Positions 54,295 through 64,000 of a stretch of 64,000 bases of DNA are shown here, piece by piece. The notes under the pieces were generated by a model that made no database searches, was not told the origin of the DNA, and was given only the letters and a program-made list of their open reading frames with translations. Every line of letters begins with the position of its first letter. The first letter of the stretch is position 1. The stretch is from the human T2T-CHM13v2.0 reference genome, Homo sapiens: assembly GCF_009914755.1 (NCBI RefSeq), contig NC_060948.1; one strand, 5' to 3'. The position numbers and the translations under genes were made by a program.

Positions 54295-54945
54295 GGGAAC
54301 AGGTGCAGGTGCAGGTACAGATACAAATACAGGTACAGGAGCAGGTATAGAGTACAGGTGCAGGTGCAGGCACAGGAACAAACACAGGTACAGGTGTAAG
54401 TTCAGGTACAGACGCAGGTATAGAGTACAGGTGCAGGGCAGGTACAGGTGAGGGTTCAGGTCAATTGCAGGTACATGTGAGGGTGCAGGTGCGTCAGGCT
54501 CTGCTGCCTTCTAGATGGGAGTGGGAACAGGTACAGGTGCACGTGCAGGTGAAAGTGCACGTACTGGTACAGATTGAGGTGCAGGTGCAGATATAGGTGA
54601 GGTGCAGGTAAAGGTACAGGTGCAGGTACAGGTACATGTTACTTTAGGCAGCAAAAGGGACTTTCTACATGTGATTAAAGATCTTGGGTTTGGGAGAATA
54701 TTCAGGTGCAGGTACAGTTTTGGGTGCAGGTACAGGTTCAGGGTCAAATACAGGTGCAGGTATAGGTACAGGTGCATTTGCAGGTACAGGTGCAGGTTCA
54801 CGTGTAGGCTCAGGCACAGATACAGGTACAGATACCAGTGCAGACACAGGTACAGGTACAGGTATAGATGTAGGTGCTGGTAAAGATAAAGGTGGAGGTG
54901 TCGATACAGGTATAGGCATAGGTAAAAGTACAGCCACAGGCAGGC
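54295..54945. repeat. Degenerate hexamer (RCAGGT)n repeat
   Basis: Runs of GCAGGT/ACAGGT/ATAGGT. Confidence 0.88.
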
Positions 54946-57032
54946 GGAGGTGCAGATGTCACTGCAGGGACAGGGACGGGGGAGGTCCAGATGTCACTGC
55001 AGGGACAGGGACAGGTCTGGGTGCAGATGTCACTGCAGGGACAGGGACAGGTGTGGGTGCAGATGTCACTGCAGGGACAGGGACAGGTGTGGGTGCAGAT
55101 GTCACTGCAGGGACAGGGACAGGTGGGGGTGCCGATGTCACTGCAGGGACAGGGACACGGGGAGGTGCAGATGTCACTGCAGGGACAGGGACAGGGGGAG
55201 GTGCAGATGTCACTGCAGGGACAGGGACAGGTGTGGGTGCAGATGTCACTGCAGGGACAGGGACAGGGGGAGGTGCAGATGTCACTGCAGGGACAGGGAC
55301 AGGTGTGGGTGCAGATGTCACTGCAGGGACAGGGACAGGTGGAGGTGCAGATGTCACTGCAGGGACAGGGACAGGTGTGGGTGCAGATGTCACTGCAGGG
55401 ACAGGGACGGGGAGGTGCAGATGTCACTGCAGGGACAGGGACAGGGGAGGTGCAGATGTCACTGCAGGGACAGGGACAGGGGGAGGTGCAGATGTCACTG
55501 CAGGGACAGGGACAGGGGGAGGTGCAGATGTCACTGCAGGGACCGGGACAGGGGGAGGTGCAGATGTCACTGCAGGGACAGGGACCGGTGTGGGTGCAGA
55601 TGTCACTGCAGGGACAGGGACAGGGGGAGGTGCAGATGTCACTGCAGGGACAGGGACCGGTGTGGGTGCAGATGTCACTGCAGGGACAGGGACAGGGGGA
55701 GGTGCAGATGTCACTGCAGGGACAGGGACAGGGGGAGGTGCAGATGTCACTGCAGGGACAGGGACAGGGGGAGGTGCAGATGTCACTGCAGGGACAGGGA
55801 CAGGTGTGGGTGCAGATGTCACTGCAGGGACAGGGACAGGTGGGGGTGCAGATGTCACTGCAGGGACAGGGACAGGTGGGGGTGCCGATGTCACTGCAGG
55901 GACAGGGACAGGGGGAGGTGCAGATGTCACTGCAGGGACAGGGACGGGGGAGGTGCAGATGTCACTGCAGGGACAGGGACAGGGGGAGGTGCAGATGTCA
56001 CTGCAGGGACAGGGACCGGTGTGGGTGCAGATGTCACTGCAGGGACAGGGACAGGGGGAGGTGCAGATGTCACTGCAGGGACAGGGACAGGGGGAGGTGC
56101 AGATGTCACTGCAGGGACAGGGACAGGGGGAGGTGAAGATGTCACTGCAGGGACAGGGACAGGTGTGGGTGCAGATGTCACTGCAGGGACAGGGACAGGT
56201 GTGGGTGCAGATGTCACTGCAGGGACAGGGACAGGTGTGGGTGCAGATGTCACTGCAGGGACAGGGACAGGGGGAGGTGCAGATGTCACTGCAGGGACAG
56301 GGACAGGGGGAGGTGCAGATGTCACTGCAGGGACAGGGACAGGTGTGGGTGCAGATGTCACTGCAGGGACAGGGACAGGTGTGGGTGCAGATGTCACTGC
56401 AGGGACAGGGACAGGTGGGGGTGCAGATGTCACTGCAGGGACAGGGACCGGTGTGGGTGCAGATGTCACTGCAGGGACAGGGACAGGTGGAGGTGCAGAT
56501 GTCACTGCAGGGACAGGGACAGGGGGAGGTGCAGATGTCACTGCAGGGACAGGGACCGGTGTGGGTGCAGATGTCACTGCAGGGACAGGGACAGGTGGAG
56601 GTGCAGATGTCACTGCAGGGACAGGGACAGGTGTGGGTGCAGATGTCACTGCAGGGACAGGGACAGGGGGAGGTGCAGATGTCACTGCAGGGACAGGGAC
56701 AGGGGGAGGTGCAGATGTCACTGCAGGGGCAGGGACAGGGGGAGGTGCAGATGTCACTGCAGGGACAGGGACAGGGGGAGGTGCAGATGTCACTGCAGGG
56801 ACAGGGACAGGTGTGGGTGCAGATGTCACTGCAGGGACAGGGACAGGGGGAGGTGCAGATGTCACTGCAGGGACAGGGACAGGGGGAGGTGCAGATGTCA
56901 CTGCAGGGACAGCGACAGGGGAGGTGCAGATGTCACTGCAGGGACAGCGACAGGGGGAGGTGCAGATGTCACTGCAGGGACAGGGACAGGTGTGGGTGCA
57001 GATGTCACTGCAGGGACAGGGACAGGTGTGGG
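54946..57032. repeat. 36-bp G-rich minisatellite (GCAGATGTCACTGCAGGGACAGGGACAGGKGKRGGT), ~58 copies
   Basis: Near-identical units; variants GGGGGA, GTGTGG, GTGGGG, GTGGA; a few 34-35-bp units shift the frame. Confidence 0.97.
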
Positions 57033-57207
57033 TAAGCATATACCTCCTCCACGTTTGCACACTCAGGTCCATGCCTTCGCCTTCTCCACAGGTTGTCTGT
57101 AAGAACCATTTCATTGGAAAGAAAATGACACGAGAGGAGGATTCAGCCAGAGGTGGGAAGACAGCTGCAAATGCCTTCCCCAACTCCCGGGGAAGGGTGG
57201 AAATGGG

Positions 57208-58350
57208 GTACACACCACACAGTCGCTAACACAAACACACACATCACACCACACACGAATACACACCAATACACACCATACACACATGCAGTGCACACAT
57301 ATATATACACACCACACACGTATACCACACACTCACTAATGCAAAGTGACACGTAACTTATACAGATACTGCACATACACCACGCACTCACTGACACAAA
57401 CACACAAGCACACACATCACACCACACATGTATACACACTATACACACATACATTGCACACACATGTATACACACCGATGCACAACATACATGCAATGCA
57501 CACATATGTATATACACCATGCACTCGCACACACCACACAAATATTCCACACACTCGTTAATGCAGTCACACATGAATACACACCATTACACAGCATGCA
57601 CACACACTGCACACATGTGTATATACACCACACACTCACATACACCACACACATACCACTCACTAACACAAACACACAAACACACATATCACACCACACA
57701 CGAATACACACCAGTACACACCATACAGACATACACTGCACACACATGTATACACAGCACACACTACACACATATATACCACACACTCACTAATGCAAAG
57801 TCACACATAACACATACATAACTACACACATACCACACACTAACACACACACATCACACCACACACGAATACACACCAGTACACACCAGACTTACACTGC
57901 ACACACAAGTATACACACCACAGTCACACACACCACACATATACCACACACTAATGCGAAGTCACACATAACTCACACATAACTACACACATACCACACA
58001 CTAACACAAACACAGAAACACACGTATCACACCGCACACGAATACACACCAGACACACTAATGCAAAGTCACAGATAATGCATACATGACTACACACATA
58101 CCACACACTCACACAAACACACATATCATACCACACACAAATACACACCACTACACACCATACACACATACACTGCACAGACATGTATACACACCACACT
58201 CACACACAGCACACACTTATTCCACACGCTCACTAATGCAAATTATGCATAACTCACACAGGTACTAGACACACCACAGACACTACACCCATAGATACAC
58301 ACACACCACACACTGACACAAACACACACATATAATGCATACCACACAAA
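57208..58350. repeat. (CA)n-rich composite tract with recurring CACTAATGCAAAGTCACA
   Basis: Direct reading. Confidence 0.92.
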
Positions 58351-58586
58351 TATCCATCTTTCTGGACCCCCTGGTATAGGATATGGGGAACCCGTCAGTC
58401 TGGTAAACACAGGGACCCAGGCTGAGCAGTAGGGACCCCCCAGCGGATCATCCTTCAGCCCCTGGTATGACACCCGGCAGAGACCAGGTCCCCCATAAAT
58501 GCTTGTCGTCATCTACAAATTAGACTTTTTATATAACTCAAAAATTTAAGGTGCAAAATGCATATCAGACATTCCAAGAAACGTGA

Positions 58587-58964
<378 letters not shown>

Positions 58965-59039
58965 CACAAAATGGGGTCTTTACGTGAAGACACAGCCTGG
59001 GACAAAATAACTGAGTGATGGTGTAGGTGACCCTTGATG

Positions 59040-59240
59040 AGAACACCCAGTTTTGGTTCGTTGGCCTCCAAAGTCCACGAACGGTTGTCTTGGGTGAGTT
59101 CCTAACCGTTGCCTCATTTCAGCTCCATTTTCTCATGTGAGCATATGGAATGCTAATAGCATGTACCTGGCAGAGGTATAGGACTCAACCAATGTGATGT
59201 TGAAGTTGTACTTGCGGGGCCTCAGCCTGAGATACTTGGA
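59040..59240 (+). mobile_element. MIR-like fragment
   Basis: CTTGGGTGAGTTCCTAACC...TTTTCTCATGTGAGCATATGGAATGCTAATAGCATGTACCT resembles the MIR core. Confidence 0.55.
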
Positions 59241-59280
59241 CGAGGTTGTACCCAGGATTGTGCATGTCGGGGGTCCCTCA

Positions 59281-59610
<330 letters not shown>

Positions 59611-59826
59611 TCAGAGGCATGGTCCTGAGATGTCAGGACAAATTTGTGCCTGGAATTCCATGTTTGAGGTTCTCCAGGGATAGTCCCTTGGTGGAGAGAG
59701 ACTTCTACACTTCTACCAAAAGATTCTGTATTTAGAGTCTCTCAATACTATGTGTCCCATGGTCTGCCGTGGAGACACACCTCTACATCTTTCCAGTGTG
59801 TGACTCTGATTTAAAAAATCATAAGA

Positions 59827-60340
<514 letters not shown>

Positions 60341-60685
60341 TCAGTGAAAGTCGTTGGTGAATGGCTTTAACTTACTGTAATTTATTTCATGCAGTTCCAT
60401 TAACTTGGGTCTGTTGAAGCTTGTGTACGTGAAAATGAAACCGGTCGTGAGCTTTGAAAATCCACAGAGTTTTACATGAAAGTGGTCTTTTACCTGAAAG
60501 CACACTCATCGACTCCGTGCAGTCTTGGAATCTGGGATTCCCTTTGAAGGTAATACCCACAATTATTTGTGTTTCATAAATATGGAATTACGCGTTCATA
60601 CTCCTGGTTATTAACTGGGATATGGCTTTTAAATCTAACTGTTAGTCATTGAAATCCTTTGCTGAATAAATTGAATCAGTTTCTA

Positions 60686-61420
<735 letters not shown>

Positions 61421-61429
61421 GACCCCTTT

Positions 61430-61733
61430 GTTTTTTTGTTTGTTTTTGTTTTTGTTTTTTTGAGACAGTCTCGCTCTGTCACCCAGGCTGGAGTGCAGTG
61501 GCATCATCTCGGCTCACTCCGCCTCCCAGGTTCAAGCAATTCTCCTGTCTCAGCCTCCAGAGTAGCTGGGACTACGGGCGCGTGCCAGCACGCCCGGCTA
61601 ATTTTTGAATTTTTAGTAGAGACGGGGTTTCACCGTGTTGGCCAGGCCGGTCTCGAACTCCTGACCTCGTGATCCACCTGCCTCGGCCTCCTGAAGTGCT
61701 GGGATTACAAGCGTGAGCCACTATGCCCAGACT
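61430..61733 (-). mobile_element. AluS
   Basis: Alu consensus match. Confidence 0.9.
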
Positions 61734-61958
61734 GTTTTTTTAATTAAGCTTTTTTTCCTCATGATCCAGTTTTCTCTTCTGAGTAGGTAAGAAAACCCCC
61801 AAACTCTAGGCTGATCCTCTGAACTTCTCCATCTCAAACCTGAGCCGTGTGCCAGAGGACGATGCCTCCGGGGTAGCATTTGGCTTCAGGGGACTTCCTC
61901 ACCACCCCTCCCCACTCTGGTGAGGCTGGGAATGTAATTCCACCTGTGTGGGTACTTG

Positions 61959-62258
61959 ACCCGGGCACGGTGGCTCACGCCTGTCATCCCAGCACTTTGG
62001 GAGGCCGAGGTAGATGGATCTCCTGAGGCCGGGAGTTTGAGACCAGCCTGGCCAACATGGAGAAACCCCGTCTCTACTGAAAACACAAAAATTAGCCGGA
62101 CCTGTTGGCTCATGCCTGTCATCCCAGCTACTCGGGAGGCTGAGGCAGGTGAATCGCTTGAACCCGGGAGGCGGAGGTGGCAGTGAGCCGAGATCACACC
62201 ATATTGCACTCCAGCCTGGGCGACAAGAGTGAAACTCCATCTCAAAAAAAGAAAAAAG
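61959..62258 (+). mobile_element. AluS
   Basis: Alu consensus match. Confidence 0.92.
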
Positions 62259-62572
62259 GAACAAATTCACAGCATTTTCACGCAACGTCCATTCTACCTG
62301 GAAGCACTCAAGGACATCATAGATTCTTGGAACATGCGATTCCTTTTGAAGGCAACCCCAGCTGTGACCTGCATGGTATGCACGTAGGCTAGTGTGCACA
62401 CACCGACAAGCTAATAGTCTCAGCCCCGCTGGCCGAGACAAGGGGGACTTCCCAGACCCACGGGCGTAACTCCCACCATGACTGTGAGATGTGACTGACC
62501 CTGAATGCTGCTGCTGGTGGCTACTCCCTCCAGCCCTGTTGATCATCCAACTTCTCTATGCCAAGATGTGTC

Positions 62573-63204
<632 letters not shown>

Positions 63205-63845
63205 TGACGATGTCCAGGGCTGGCACAAGCTTCTAACTTTTCTGTGTACCTTTGGTAACAGTTACCGTGAAACTCTGACTCTCCCATGTAGGAAGCCGAT
63301 ATCCATGCTACCGCTGAACCCTCTCCATCCCACCTGTGGTCAACCCTCTCTCCATCTTATAGCCAGTTTCCATCATCCCCATTTACAAAGCTACCCTGGG
63401 TTTCCCTCTGTTTTCCCTCGCCGTGAAATATCAAGTTAGGAAAACCTCGCTGGAAAATCTCAGGGAACAATGTAGGAAGTCAGATTTCACGTCTGAAATC
63501 GGGGAAAAATGGAGACAGCTACGGTGCTTTTCCATGAGTGATAATTTCCTTTTCTACCCCTCCCTTGTTCCCTGGCAGTTGGGTTTACGATCGGCGGCAG
63601 ACGGATGGCTTTTTATGAGTTTCGTATTTTTCATAAGGCCACACTTCATTATTCGTATGTTGGGATGTCTTCTGCTTGCGTTCTAAATCATGCTGCGAAA
63701 TAAACTTAAACGAGAGAGAACATGATAAGCACCGTATTGTTTGTTTTTTATTTTGTTTTGTTCTGTTTTTGTTTTTGCTTTTGTTTTCTGCTCCCTGTTT
63801 GCAAATAAAGAGAATTGCCAAACTTGATTAAAAGTTGGTAGTTAA

Positions 63846-64000
<155 letters not shown>

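Noticed and set aside
57032-57091. 60-nt GTAAGC...TTCTCCACAG mini-intron-like segment right after the 36-bp VNTR
   Set aside because: Shorter than typical human minimal introns and has no supporting exon structure; would need spliced RNA-seq reads
54684-57229. 783-aa and 759-aa ORFs with [12 protein letters not shown] repeats (mucin- or ice-nucleation-like appearance)
   Set aside because: A 36-bp unit is open in several frames on both strands; 34-35-bp units switch the peptide mid-ORF; no unique domain or evidence of codon-level constraint

Overview
This is primate (human-like) non-coding genomic DNA. It is very Alu-dense, with L1M, L2, MIR, MLT1/MLT2 and THE1/MST fragments and one HERV-H solo LTR (LTR7). 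It also holds an unusual number of large tandem arrays: a ~30-bp-monomer satellite with 60-, ~147- and 295-bp higher-order structure, 114-, 40- and 36-bp VNTRs, and a 162-bp GA-rich higher-order repeat. I see no credible protein-coding exon, RNA gene or CRISPR array; the long ORFs all derive from Alus or low-complexity/tandem repeats. A few repeat-free islands rich in homeodomain, TCF, FOX and octamer motifs look like developmental enhancers. The overall signature (VNTR density, locally amplified and chimeric Alus, a shared TAAT>TCAT Alu variant, CpG-rich old repeats) suggests a very high-recombination subtelomeric region such as X/Y PAR1, possibly the SHOX gene desert. That placement is inference and was not mapped. 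I found no new gene system; the most interesting signals are structural and evolutionary. Coordinates were read by eye, so edges of degenerate elements are approximate.
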